Shown here in pieces: positions 32,498 to 40,745 of a stretch of DNA of 64,000 bases. Position 1 is the stretch's first letter, and each line of letters begins with the position of its first letter. A model generated the notes under the pieces. It saw nothing but the letters and a program-made list of their open reading frames with translations, was not told the origin of the DNA and did no database searches. The position numbers and the translations under genes were made by a program. The DNA comes from Escherichia phage vB_EcoM_011D4: the sequence record MT478991.1. One strand, 5' to 3'.

Positions 32498-34549
32498 TTA
32501 CATTTTAAATTTATCTGGCATTGCGTCTACAGATACCAGATCAGCGATAAGCTGACGTAGAGTTGCCTTATCTGCTTTCTTACGTTCGGTTTTAGCTTCG
32601 CTAATGAAGCTGGAGAAAGACAGGTCAGAAGCAGGTTTAACAACACCTTCACGGATGAATGCATCACCGTCCGCGATCATCTCGCCAGATTCTTGTAATG
32701 CTGCCAGTTCATTTTTGTTCATAATATGTGCCTCAATGTAATAAGTTTCTTGTGAATCCGTCGATGCCGTAGCACGAGTTACCGTATCAAAGGATAACAC
32801 AACACCGCGAGGAAGTAAAATCTCGCATTCTTTGTAAGCAAATGCTTTGTTACCTACTGGCAAGACAGGGATGTTTTCCGCGCCAGCAATGGAGAAAGCA
32901 ACATTAGCGCCACCTTCACCGCGAGAGCCAGCCATAGAATCAACACCAGCAACGGCACTAGCCACGTTTGCATTCCAGCCGCCAAAAATGTTAGGTGCAA
33001 GGGAAGTGCTCACATAGTTTTTAAAGTAAAACGCTTTTTGCTTACGTGCAGTTTCCCACATTTGCGACCGGAAGTCCATACCACGATACAGAATAGTACC
33101 CGGATCAAGTTTAACTCCATAGTTGGAGAAGGCATTATCCAGTGCATCACACATCTTGACCAATTCTTCTGGATCTGCGATGCCTTCAAACTCTTCCAGC
33201 TTACGGTCGGTTAGGAAGTTGTTCATATTGATGTATGCTGCATCGGCATATTCGCTCAACACAAAACCTTCCGCGCCAGGCAGATCAAGATCAATATCTG
33301 CCATCATTTCACCCATGTTGCTAGCAATTGCTTCAAACATACCGGAAGCAACATTACGTAGGGCATCGGTTTTAATCTGGGTGATATGACTACGCAACAT
33401 TTCAGCTTTTACATCTGCTGGCATAGACTGGTCTACTCGATCCATTGCCAGAGCGGTGATCTTGTTTTCGAATACTTCCTCGCTCATGATTTCTTTTAAG
33501 CGTTTGATTGATGCTGCGATAACTTCCGCAGACAACGGATCATATTGATCCTGAACTTTTACCAGTTCGCTTACTGCGTATTTTGCATCGGCTTCGCTTT
33601 CAAAAATAGTACGCATGAAACCATAGCGAGTGATAATATCACTTGTCCAGTCATTCAGAGAACGGGCGGTTGAACGTTCTAAGGCTTGACGATCAATCAG
33701 AGTATTAAACTGTTTCTTAGGTTCGGCTTCGGTGATATCTTCTTCCGGTTTAAGATTAATTTTTTCTGGATGATTCACATAGTCGCTGTTATAGGTCGCT
33801 TGAGTTTTCAGCATTTCTTCTTTAGTCAAACGAGATTTAGCCGCTACGCGTTGTTCCGCTTCCGCGTTTCGTTCTTCTTCTGACACAAGACTAGCCGCAT
33901 ACGCCTCATCTTTAGTCAGAGATTCACCAGTAGCCTTAGATACCCAGCGATCACCTAAATCACTTTCTACTTTAGTGAACAAGGATTCATCAAGTTTAAT
34001 CCCTTTAATCTTATCAATCGCCATACCGCGACGCTTGACAACAACTAAAGCGATCTTTTTGCTGGTCATTACTTCCTGCTGGAATACTTCAAACTTCGGT
34101 GTACGACGCACCAAACGCTCTATAACGCGCTTAACCAGTTCGGTCTTACCTTTCATGCGGGATACGTTAAAACGGAACATAACAGCGTCTAACTGCGCTT
34201 TACGGGCTGTTTCCATAACCACATCAAAAGCACTTGCCATAACTGCAATCGGGTTATCGCCTAGACCATTTTTAAGCTGTACAATACGACCGCTTTTGTT
34301 CATTTCGCACAGTACAACATGTGCGGTCTTGTCACCCATACGAATGATTTTAGGTGTTTTGTTGGTGAAGTTACAAAGACGGACAATCACATCTTTATCG
34401 CGTGTCTGTACTGCAAAAAGCTGTTTAGGATTCTGCTTAGGCTTTAAGCACTGTACCGGGGCAATACTACCAAAGTTTTCTTCCTCTTCCGTCAACAGCC
34501 ATTTCTCGAAAGATTCAATCATTAGATCGTCGATTTCTAAGTTAAACAT
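32498..34549 (-). CDS. alt: Alt ADP-ribosyltransferase (head-packaged)
   Basis: 683 aa; C-terminal ART motifs YRG, STS, ECE; downstream of gp54 as in T4. Confidence 0.88.
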   Translation of the reverse strand: MFNLEIDDLMIESFEKWLLTEEEENFGSIAPVQCLKPKQNPKQLFAVQTRDKDVIVRLCNFTNKTPKIIRMGDKTAHVVLCEMNKSGRIVQLKNGLGDNPIAVMASAFDVVMETARKAQLDAVMFRFNVSRMKGKTELVKRVIERLVRRTPKFEVFQQEVMTSKKIALVVVKRRGMAIDKIKGIKLDESLFTKVESDLGDRWVSKATGESLTKDEAYAASLVSEEERNAEAEQRVAAKSRLTKEEMLKTQATYNSDYVNHPEKINLKPEEDITEAEPKKQFNTLIDRQALERSTARSLNDWTSDIITRYGFMRTIFESEADAKYAVSELVKVQDQYDPLSAEVIAASIKRLKEIMSEEVFENKITALAMDRVDQSMPADVKAEMLRSHITQIKTDALRNVASGMFEAIASNMGEMMADIDLDLPGAEGFVLSEYADAAYINMNNFLTDRKLEEFEGIADPEELVKMCDALDNAFSNYGVKLDPGTILYRGMDFRSQMWETARKQKAFYFKNYVSTSLAPNIFGGWNANVASAVAGVDSMAGSRGEGGANVAFSIAGAENIPVLPVGNKAFAYKECEILLPRGVVLSFDTVTRATASTDSQETYYIEAHIMNKNELAALQESGEMIADGDAFIREGVVKPASDLSFSSFISEAKTERKKADKATLRQLIADLVSVDAMPDKFKM

Positions 34550-34589
34550 TTTATATCCTCTAGTTGATAACCTATAAACCTATATTTAT

Positions 34590-34611
34590 GAAAACGGGGC
34601 TTAACGCCCCA
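34590..34611 (-). terminator. terminator hairpin (minus strand)
   Basis: Minus strand GGGGCGTTAAGCCCC + GTTTT. Confidence 0.6.
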
Positions 34612-34615
34612 TTTA

Positions 34616-34828
34616 TTATAATGCACCATCGAGCAATTGCTCTAAGGTGTATCCTGAATAGTCTTTTTCAATCAGGATATATTTTCCTACTCGTTTAATA
34701 CAACCACGCATTTCAACGTATTCTGCGTAGTTGATGGTACGAGTTGTTCCATCTTCCAGTAATGCAGTACCGATTTCGTTAATGCGGTCATAAGTTACGT
34801 CGGTAATGATGATTTCGATGTTAGCCAT
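34616..34828 (-). CDS. hypothetical early protein
   Basis: 70 aa behind consensus early promoter and conserved leader. Confidence 0.5.
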   Translation of the reverse strand: MANIEIIITDVTYDRINEIGTALLEDGTTRTINYAEYVEMRGCIKRVGKYILIEKDYSGYTLEQLLDGAL

Positions 34829-34864
34829 TTGATACTCCTTAGTAGTTCGTTTCGGTATGGGTGT

Positions 34865-34893
34865 ATTATGATATACACCCTCTGTTATGTCAA
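34865..34893 (-). promoter_or_regulatory. sigma70-type early promoter
   Basis: Minus strand TTGACA-N17-CATAAT then ACACCCATACCGAAACGA leader. Confidence 0.6.
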
Positions 34894-34899
34894 CAACTT

Positions 34900-35079
34900 T
34901 TAGAACATTTTTGAAATTAATTCTGCTTTGATTTCGCAGAGAACATCTAAAGATTTCTCGTCACCTGCTTTTGCGGCTTCTGCTTGCATTTTTGAAATGG
35001 CTTCAATGTCAGTGCAATTATAAGCCGCTTGAACTTTAGCGATTGCGATGATTGCCGATTCGATGGTTAATTGTTTCAT
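34900..35079 (-). CDS. hypothetical early protein (59 aa)
   Basis: ATG after AGGAGAATCAAAC leader; not in ORF track. Confidence 0.45.
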   Translation of the reverse strand: MKQLTIESAIIAIAKVQAAYNCTDIEAISKMQAEAAKAGDEKSLDVLCEIKAELISKMF

Positions 35080-35111
35080 GTTTGATTCTCCTTTCGTTTC
35101 GGTATGGGTGT

Positions 35112-35140
35112 ATTATAGGGGATCGATGATCCCCTGTCAA
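35112..35140 (-). promoter_or_regulatory. early promoter with palindromic spacer (PeSL-like)
   Basis: Minus strand TTGACA-GGGGATCATCGATCCCC-TATAAT. Confidence 0.7.
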
Positions 35141-35148
35141 CAAATTTT

Positions 35149-35667
35149 TTAGTTATTTTTTAATTGCTCATCTTGCAATAGGGCAATCACATGCTGGCGA
35201 TGTTCTTCCGATTGAGGCACACCGAAAAAGTTTGTTTTGTAGAAATACTCTAATCGGTCTTCTCGTGTGCTCTCTTCCATCATGATCGCGGGTAGTCCGA
35301 GATTTCGGAAACGTCGCTTTTCTGCTGGCGTAAAATCACTGTAATACAACATAGAATCATCATTACAAGCAATGCTAAACTCATCCTTCATAAAGGAGAA
35401 TATTGCGTTTAAACGCTGTTTACCGTCCACGATTTCGATCTCATAGCGAGAGCCATCATCAATCTTAGCCATTGCGATAGCACCAACCGGAAAATCATTA
35501 ATCAGGTTTTCGATAAACATACGTTTGTTTTCGGTGTCCCATACTAAAGGACGCTGATAATCTGGGTTCATGTTGATATAGCCATCTTCTAACCATGCAT
35601 CATAAACAGAGATGACAAAGTTTTTAGTATTGGTATAGTAACGGCGTTTAGGCGTTAAACGGTTCAT
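35149..35667 (-). CDS. DUF262 / ParB-like nuclease-domain protein
   Basis: DYQRPLVWD...FPVGAI...IVDGKQRLNAI matches the DUF262 signature; start taken at MNRL with RBS AGGAGA. Confidence 0.65.
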   Translation of the reverse strand: MNRLTPKRRYYTNTKNFVISVYDAWLEDGYINMNPDYQRPLVWDTENKRMFIENLINDFPVGAIAMAKIDDGSRYEIEIVDGKQRLNAIFSFMKDEFSIACNDDSMLYYSDFTPAEKRRFRNLGLPAIMMEESTREDRLEYFYKTNFFGVPQSEEHRQHVIALLQDEQLKNN

Positions 35668-35668
35668 G

Positions 35669-35998
35669 TTATAGTCTCCTGAATGGATCATCACGTAAAT
35701 CAATATCTTTTAAGAACTCATCCCATGAATGGCGGATGTTGTTCTTAATTCTCCAGATAAGAGCAGGGATTGAACGCTCTCCCATCTGGAAGTATGGATC
35801 ATATGATCCGTATGCCCAATATGCTACTACAATTCCACAATCAGCGCAATAGTATTCTATTTCACTTGCTGGCGACCAAAGTCCATCAATATGATCGGTG
35901 ATCTTGCTTTCGATGTTATGGCTATGACAATCAGGGCAACGGATGCAATGACCTTGTTTATCGTAATTTGACGTTAGCGAATACTTAAACAATCTCAT
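35669..35998 (-). CDS. zinc-ribbon protein
   Basis: 109 aa; CIRCPDC...CADC; start/stop coupled with flanking genes. Confidence 0.5.
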   Translation of the reverse strand: MRLFKYSLTSNYDKQGHCIRCPDCHSHNIESKITDHIDGLWSPASEIEYYCADCGIVVAYWAYGSYDPYFQMGERSIPALIWRIKNNIRHSWDEFLKDIDLRDDPFRRL

Positions 35999-36714
35999 TA
36001 TAGATCCTTATTTGCTTCAAATACTGCCTTTGCGAATCCTCGCGGGGTAAGTGACCTTATAGTCTTTGTTTTCGTTCCTTTCCCGCCTAGCTTAGAATGC
36101 TGTTTACTGTACCCTTTATTAATCTGCAACGGTTTCTTTTCTGGCATTATAAAGCCTTGTCCGGTCCATAAGCAAGTCTTTTTCGGGTACATATCACGGG
36201 CGGCAATATACTCAGGAAACGTAGGATGCTTATCATCTTCCGGCAAATAACCGCCATATTCCCACGGATGGAACATGTAATCAGGCTTACGCCACATGCT
36301 AGAGATAACGCTTACAGGATTCTCTATCATGTAGGGAACTCCGAGCCATTCACCCAAATAAGCGGTTATTTTAGCTGCCCGTACATCATGAACTTGAATC
36401 AATGGTCCTTGTTCTCGTTTCTTTCGTTCAAAGTGCGCAGCGCCACTAACAGCTAAATTGGTGCACGGTGGGAATGCAAAGATAATATCCGGTTTCCCCC
36501 ATTCAAGGTCCATTGCTCTTTCCAGCCAGTTCAAATCAATCCAGGTGTTTACATAGGTAATGTTTGGATGTTCAAATCTGGTATTATACTTTTTGTATGT
36601 ACCGTGGTCGGCGTCATCCGCATTAAAGCAGACTACCTTATGACCTGCTTTAGCCCATTCTAGCCCCATTATCCCCGATCCGTCAAAGTTGCAGAATATT
36701 AATTTTTGTTTCAT
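35998..36714 (-). CDS. compact DNA (cytosine-5)-methyltransferase-like protein
   Basis: 238 aa; motif I FDGSG, motif IV FAFPPCTNLAVSG (Pro-Cys), motif VI MIENP, motif IX RSLTPRGF. Confidence 0.6.
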   Translation of the reverse strand: MKQKLIFCNFDGSGIMGLEWAKAGHKVVCFNADDADHGTYKKYNTRFEHPNITYVNTWIDLNWLERAMDLEWGKPDIIFAFPPCTNLAVSGAAHFERKKREQGPLIQVHDVRAAKITAYLGEWLGVPYMIENPVSVISSMWRKPDYMFHPWEYGGYLPEDDKHPTFPEYIAARDMYPKKTCLWTGQGFIMPEKKPLQINKGYSKQHSKLGGKGTKTKTIRSLTPRGFAKAVFEANKDL

Positions 36715-36956
36715 ATACGACCCTTTAACCCAGCACAGATTTTAGTCGGTTCTTTACCGTGCCACATTAAGTAAATTCCGTTAATGCGTCCTTGTTTTGT
36801 ATATGATTCTTTTCTGATCTTCTTATAGTGTCGTGCTTCCTCCGCCGATTGTTTAGAATGTCGGTCATAAAGGAAGAGGAACAAAGGCCAACCATTAGCG
36901 ACCTTAATGCAGTTATTCAAAAATTCCTTATTTCGTTTAATTAATTTTCTTTTCAC
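36711..36956 (-). CDS. hypothetical basic protein
   Basis: 81 aa; ATGA coupling on both sides. Confidence 0.5.
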   Translation of the reverse strand: MKRKLIKRNKEFLNNCIKVANGWPLFLFLYDRHSKQSAEEARHYKKIRKESYTKQGRINGIYLMWHGKEPTKICAGLKGRI

Positions 36957-37204
36957 GCTGCCCCCATTGGTTTGATAGTAACCGAATCTAAAAGACCTTT
37001 GTTAGCCAGTTCGCGGCAAGTTTTCAGATCCGCAACTTCCCAGCCAGCCGCAATCAGGTTATCAATGAGGCTGTTAGCAACTTCTTCGCTCATGAAAGAG
37101 CACTGTTTGCCGATGGTGTAGCGCACACGCTGTAATTTCAGTTTACGGAAGCCTTTAACGTTCAGGTCTTTAGCGATTTTCTTTGCGGTTTCGATGTTAG
37201 CCAT
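36953..37204 (-). CDS. hypothetical protein (first gene of operon)
   Basis: 83 aa directly behind promoter. Confidence 0.5.
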   Translation of the reverse strand: MANIETAKKIAKDLNVKGFRKLKLQRVRYTIGKQCSFMSEEVANSLIDNLIAAGWEVADLKTCRELANKGLLDSVTIKPMGAA

Positions 37205-37244
37205 TGTTTGATTCTCCTAAGTGGTATCTCGTCTTGATGGTTGT

Positions 37245-37273
37245 ATTGTAGGGGAGTTATCCTCCCCTGTCAA
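37245..37273 (-). promoter_or_regulatory. early promoter with palindromic spacer (PeSL-like)
   Basis: Minus strand TTGACA-GGGGAGGATAACTCCCC-TACAAT. Confidence 0.65.
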
Positions 37274-37287
37274 CACTTTTTATAAAA

Positions 37288-37455
37288 TTATTTGTTAATT
37301 TCTGGTGCGTTGCTAGGATAGTAACCTTCTTTAACTCCGAGGTATTTCGCAACCATCCCTACAATCTTCTGTGCTACTACAATGTCAAATTTCAGATAAT
37401 CTTCACCGTAGGTTTCAATGATATATGCTTCACATGCTGCTTTAGTCTCGAACAT
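37288..37455 (-). CDS. hypothetical protein, paralogue of 40544..40711 (copy 1)
   Basis: 55 aa MFETKAACEAYIIETYGEDYLKFDIVVAQKI.GMVAKYLGVKEGYYPSNAPEINK; not in ORF track. Confidence 0.5.
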   Translation of the reverse strand: MFETKAACEAYIIETYGEDYLKFDIVVAQKIVGMVAKYLGVKEGYYPSNAPEINK

Positions 37456-37488
37456 TTTGATTCTCCTATTTCGTTTCGGTATGTGTGC

Positions 37489-37517
37489 ATTATAGGGGAT
37501 CTCCCGATCCCCGTCAA
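37489..37517 (-). promoter_or_regulatory. early promoter with palindromic spacer (PeSL-like)
   Basis: Minus strand TTGACG-GGGATCGGGAGATCCCC-TATAAT. Confidence 0.65.
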
Positions 37518-37530
37518 CAACTTTTTTAAA

Positions 37531-37812
37531 TTATTCGTGATTAGTTTCGATGTTGTGCATTTTGCACCAGTTCAGCCAATCGCCAAGATCTTGATAGTTG
37601 ATGCTTTTATCTGCTGCCATCGTTTTTGTCTTGATACCCATATGTGCGTTATGAGTAAGCATTTTTACAGTGAACTCGATTTTATCGCCTTTAGCTTTAA
37701 CATCAACCAGTTTGGTCCACTGGCTACCAGCGCCGCGAATGTTCATACCAACGATGTTTCCGATGTATGCTTCTTTGTTTTTCAGGATTTCGGTTGCTTT
37801 GATGAATTTCAT
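37531..37812 (-). CDS. hypothetical early protein
   Basis: 93-aa ORF behind consensus promoter/leader. Confidence 0.5.
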   Translation of the reverse strand: MKFIKATEILKNKEAYIGNIVGMNIRGAGSQWTKLVDVKAKGDKIEFTVKMLTHNAHMGIKTKTMAADKSINYQDLGDWLNWCKMHNIETNHE

Positions 37813-37845
37813 TTTTGATTCTCCAGTTCGTTTCGGTATGGGTGT

Positions 37846-37874
37846 ATTATGCTATGTTCTTACTTTGGTGTCAA
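37846..37874 (-). promoter_or_regulatory. sigma70-type early promoter
   Basis: Minus strand TTGACA-N17-CATAAT. Confidence 0.6.
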
Positions 37875-37881
37875 CAACTTT

Positions 37882-38151
37882 TTAGATATTTTCAGAAATA
37901 AATTTTAAAACTTGACGTAAATGTTTCTCATCTTTGATAGTCGCCGGAAGTTCTTCTTTTACTTCCTGTGCAAGATAGATATTTCCGTTCCAAGTGAAAG
38001 ATCCGTCTTCGTTTACGAGATAGCTGAACATCCACTCGCAATCATTTTCGATTTCATATACACACAGAAGGGTGTAATCGTTAAAGCTATTGATTTCAAG
38101 GTCGAAGCCGTGACGTTTTGCAAAGTTGGTAGTGGTTTTAGTCAGTGCCAT
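37882..38151 (-). CDS. hypothetical early protein
   Basis: 89-aa ORF behind consensus promoter/leader. Confidence 0.5.
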   Translation of the reverse strand: MALTKTTTNFAKRHGFDLEINSFNDYTLLCVYEIENDCEWMFSYLVNEDGSFTWNGNIYLAQEVKEELPATIKDEKHLRQVLKFISENI

Positions 38152-38191
38152 TGTTTGATTCTCCTAAGTGGTATCTCGTTTCGATGGGTGT

Positions 38192-38220
38192 ATTATGCTA
38201 TAGGCGTGTTCTGGTGTCAA
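38192..38220 (-). promoter_or_regulatory. sigma70-type early promoter
   Basis: Minus strand TTGACA-N17-CATAAT. Confidence 0.6.
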
Positions 38221-38279
38221 TTCTTTTTTTAAAAAATTTTATGCAATAAAAAAGCCGACGCTAAGGTCGGCTAATAAAA

Positions 38280-38588
38280 TCATTTAGACAAATAATCATT
38301 CTGTGCAATCCGGTCGGCGTATGCTGGTGTTACGTCAATCGCAATCACTTTAACGCGTGCTTTCTTGCGACCTGGGTTTTCTCGTAACCAGTGCTCATGA
38401 CCGTGCACATTTTTATACTTTGATGCTTCTTCGAAGGTACGGATCGGACCTGGGTAATCAGCGTAAAGGATCTCTAGATCTTCGGTGATGTAAAAATATA
38501 CATCGTAATTGCTGTTCTCTAGCTTAAGCAGAGACTTTCGGAACATTGGGAGATTTTCGCGGGTAAATTCAAAGATATTATCTTTCAT
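38280..38588 (-). CDS. HxHW-family small protein (paralogue A)
   Basis: Start at internal MKDNIF with RBS GAGGA; motifs YFYITEDLEIL, HGHEHW, VIAIDV. Confidence 0.5.
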   Translation of the reverse strand: MKDNIFEFTRENLPMFRKSLLKLENSNYDVYFYITEDLEILYADYPGPIRTFEEASKYKNVHGHEHWLRENPGRKKARVKVIAIDVTPAYADRIAQNDYLSK

Positions 38589-38611
38589 AGTATTATCCTC
38601 AATAGTTGGAT

Positions 38612-38633
38612 GAAAAGGGGGCTTAACGCCCCA
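38612..38633 (-). terminator. intercistronic terminator-like hairpin
   Basis: Minus strand GGGGCGTTAAGCCCCC + TTTT. Confidence 0.5.
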
Positions 38634-38637
38634 TATA

Positions 38638-38925
38638 TTAAAACAGTCCTTCCTGTACACCGTAATAGAGTTCGTCGCTGATAATTTCATTAATGCGACG
38701 GTGTGCATATTCCTGATTTGCGAAGTTGTCAGCAAGTTCTACTTTAGTTTCTCCGTCATGAGTCCATTTAGTGATAACTTTACCATCTGCAAATTTGAAG
38801 TTGAACTCTTTAGCTACCGCATCGCGTACCAGACGTGCAAACTTATTGTTGCGGATTGCATTGTCGGTTTCGTGTGCAGCGTGAGCGAATTTGTTAACTT
38901 TCAGAGTGATAGTAATGTATGCCAT
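38638..38925 (-). CDS. hypothetical protein, paralogue of 41912..42223
   Basis: 95 aa; shared NAI.IR..R.A.AKEFN.K segment. Confidence 0.5.
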   Translation of the reverse strand: MAYITITLKVNKFAHAAHETDNAIRNNKFARLVRDAVAKEFNFKFADGKVITKWTHDGETKVELADNFANQEYAHRRINEIISDELYYGVQEGLF

Positions 38926-38971
38926 AATTTGATTCTCCTAGTTAGAAAGTGTATCTCGTTTCGATGGGTGT

Positions 38972-39000
38972 ATTATGCTATACACCCGACCTCATGTCAA
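38972..39000 (-). promoter_or_regulatory. early promoter with stem-loop over the -10 (PeSL-like)
   Basis: Minus strand TTGACA-N17-CATAAT; GGGTGTAT..ATACACCC inverted repeat. Confidence 0.6.
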
Positions 39001-39006
39001 CACTTT

Positions 39007-39285
39007 TTATAAAATAATTTTTTGATATTTTTCTATGATGTTTGTGTAGGTCACATCAACCGCTAGCACCGTTGCTTCGAATCCACCGTCTAGCCAATGG
39101 CTATGATCTCTTTCATCAAAGAAGCCGAGGCCAATACGAAGACCATCCTTAAACTCTGCGCGTACATTTAGATCATCATCGATAAACAGATAAAACCATG
39201 AATTTTTACTAGGATTGATGATACAACCTTTCAGATTAGGGAGAATATCACGACTAAGAATAAACTTATCACCTACTTTGAACAT
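39007..39285 (-). CDS. HxHW-family small protein (paralogue B)
   Basis: Start at MFKVGDKF; FYLFIDDDLNV, HSHW, VLAVDV. Confidence 0.5.
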   Translation of the reverse strand: MFKVGDKFILSRDILPNLKGCIINPSKNSWFYLFIDDDLNVRAEFKDGLRIGLGFFDERDHSHWLDGGFEATVLAVDVTYTNIIEKYQKIIL

Positions 39286-39299
39286 AATATTTTCCTCAC

Positions 39300-39608
39300 T
39301 TATAAAGTTTGACCGTTGTTTTTCGCGTAATGCTGAATGCGTGCTTGATCTGCTTCCGCTGGTGATAGATTCCATGCGATCACTACAACTTCTGACGCAT
39401 CATGATCATTATCACTTACCCAATGATTGTGATTCATACAGTTATTTGCTATCGCGTGAGAAAATGATTTCATCACTGGAGACGTATAATCATAGTAACG
39501 GATTTTCAGATTTTCATCAACGTACAAATAGATCGTATAAGGTTTATATTCAGTAACCAGTAACAGACAGTTACGCAATTCTGGGAAAATCTTTTTAGTT
39601 AATTTCAT
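39300..39608 (-). CDS. HxHW-family small protein (paralogue C)
   Basis: 102 aa; YLYVDENLKI, HNHW, VVVIAW. Confidence 0.5.
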   Translation of the reverse strand: MKLTKKIFPELRNCLLLVTEYKPYTIYLYVDENLKIRYYDYTSPVMKSFSHAIANNCMNHNHWVSDNDHDASEVVVIAWNLSPAEADQARIQHYAKNNGQTL

Positions 39609-39810
39609 ATTCTAGTTCTCCGTAATACACAGTAATCCATTTTTCTTCATACTTTGTATCTTTCCAGCACACAATCCCGTTTACTGTGCAATCTTTGGAA
39701 TTGACGAATGATTCATATTGTTCTGCATCTTCCATCATTGCATGAGCGGTCTTTTCATCGAATATATCGCAGATCGCTTTATATGCTCGATAATCTTTAA
39801 ATTTGCTCAT
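39595..39810 (-). CDS. hypothetical protein, tandem paralogue 1 (MSKFKDYRAY)
   Basis: Listed ORF starts at a TTG; ATG at 39810; about 50% identical to the next gene. Confidence 0.45.
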   Translation of the reverse strand: MSKFKDYRAYKAICDIFDEKTAHAMMEDAEQYESFVNSKDCTVNGIVCWKDTKYEEKWITVYYGELEYEIN

Positions 39811-39812
39811 AA

Positions 39813-40028
39813 TTAACACCAATCAAGAGTTTTTGAGAAAACCTCTATCCATTGTTGAGTATATGCGGTTTCTTTCCATGACACAATACCAGTCGAATAA
39901 TGGTTTTTGTTTCCAGAAAAGGACGGGCATTTTGATGCATCTTCCATCATCTTTTCGGCGAACTCTGGTGCGTATACTCGCAAAATCTGTTGATATGCTT
40001 TGTATTCTTTAAATTTGCTCATAATCAT
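39813..40028 (-). CDS. hypothetical protein, tandem paralogue 2 (MIMSKFKEYKAY)
   Basis: 71 aa; shares MSKFK.Y.AY, MMEDA, GIV.WK.T.Y with the neighbour. Confidence 0.45.
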   Translation of the reverse strand: MIMSKFKEYKAYQQILRVYAPEFAEKMMEDASKCPSFSGNKNHYSTGIVSWKETAYTQQWIEVFSKTLDWC

Positions 40029-40287
40029 TCACTACCTTATCAGCTTCTTTTGTTGTTTTTACATCAACTGCGATAACTCGTAAAGGTTCGTCATGGTTCC
40101 ACCAGTGGTCATGAATATCGGCTTGTGATTTATCACCAAAGGAATCACGAATATCATTTTTACATTTATAGCTAATGTGACCGTCATAGTCAACATAAAG
40201 GTAATTATCGAAAATCGGCGTTTTTAAGATCATACCGAAAAATCTTTCTTTGTGTGTCTTATCCAGCGTTGCAGTAATTCGCATCAT
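40009..40287 (-). CDS. HxHW-family small protein (paralogue D)
   Basis: 92 aa; YLYVDYDGHISY, HDHWW, VIAVDV. Confidence 0.5.
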   Translation of the reverse strand: MMRITATLDKTHKERFFGMILKTPIFDNYLYVDYDGHISYKCKNDIRDSFGDKSQADIHDHWWNHDEPLRVIAVDVKTTKEADKVVNDYEQI

Positions 40288-40299
40288 AATATATTCCTC

Positions 40300-40479
40300 T
40301 TAGAAAGGGATGGTCATTTCTTGAGCTTGTACATTCTCGTTAGGATTAAACTTCATCCAACCGATATTGTCTACCAGCATATGCACATTTTTATCATATC
40401 CTACGTGGGTAGTCAATACTGTATGTGCTTTACCTTCAATGATGAGTTCCATGTACTTCTGAACTTCGATAGCTTTCAT
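40300..40479 (-). CDS. hypothetical early protein (59 aa)
   Basis: ATG after GGAGAATCAAA leader; not in ORF track. Confidence 0.4.
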   Translation of the reverse strand: MKAIEVQKYMELIIEGKAHTVLTTHVGYDKNVHMLVDNIGWMKFNPNENVQAQEMTIPF

Positions 40480-40511
40480 TTTGATTCTCCGTTTGTTGTC
40501 TTTATGGGAGT

Positions 40512-40540
40512 ATCTTACTACTCCCTTTAATCATTGTCAA
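40512..40540 (-). promoter_or_regulatory. early promoter with stem-loop (PeSL-like)
   Basis: Minus strand TTGACA then GGGAGTAGTAAGATACTCCC hairpin; -10 approximate (TAAGAT). Confidence 0.5.
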
Positions 40541-40543
40541 CTA

Positions 40544-40711
40544 TTATTTGTTAATTTCTGGTGCGTTGCTTGGATAGTAACCTTCTTTAACACCCAGATA
40601 TTTTGCAACCATTCCGGTGATCTTCTGTGCTACTACGATATCGAATTTCAGGTAGTCTTCACCGTGGTTTGCTACAATGTATGCTTCGCATTCTGCTTTA
40701 GTCTGGAACAT
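40544..40711 (-). CDS. hypothetical protein, paralogue of 37288..37455 (copy 2)
   Basis: Starts at internal Met MFQTKAECEAY of listed ORF 40544..40747; near-identical C-terminus to copy 1. Confidence 0.5.
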   Translation of the reverse strand: MFQTKAECEAYIVANHGEDYLKFDIVVAQKITGMVAKYLGVKEGYYPSNAPEINK

Positions 40712-40745
40712 TTTTGATTCTCCTATATCTCGTTGGTATGTGTGC

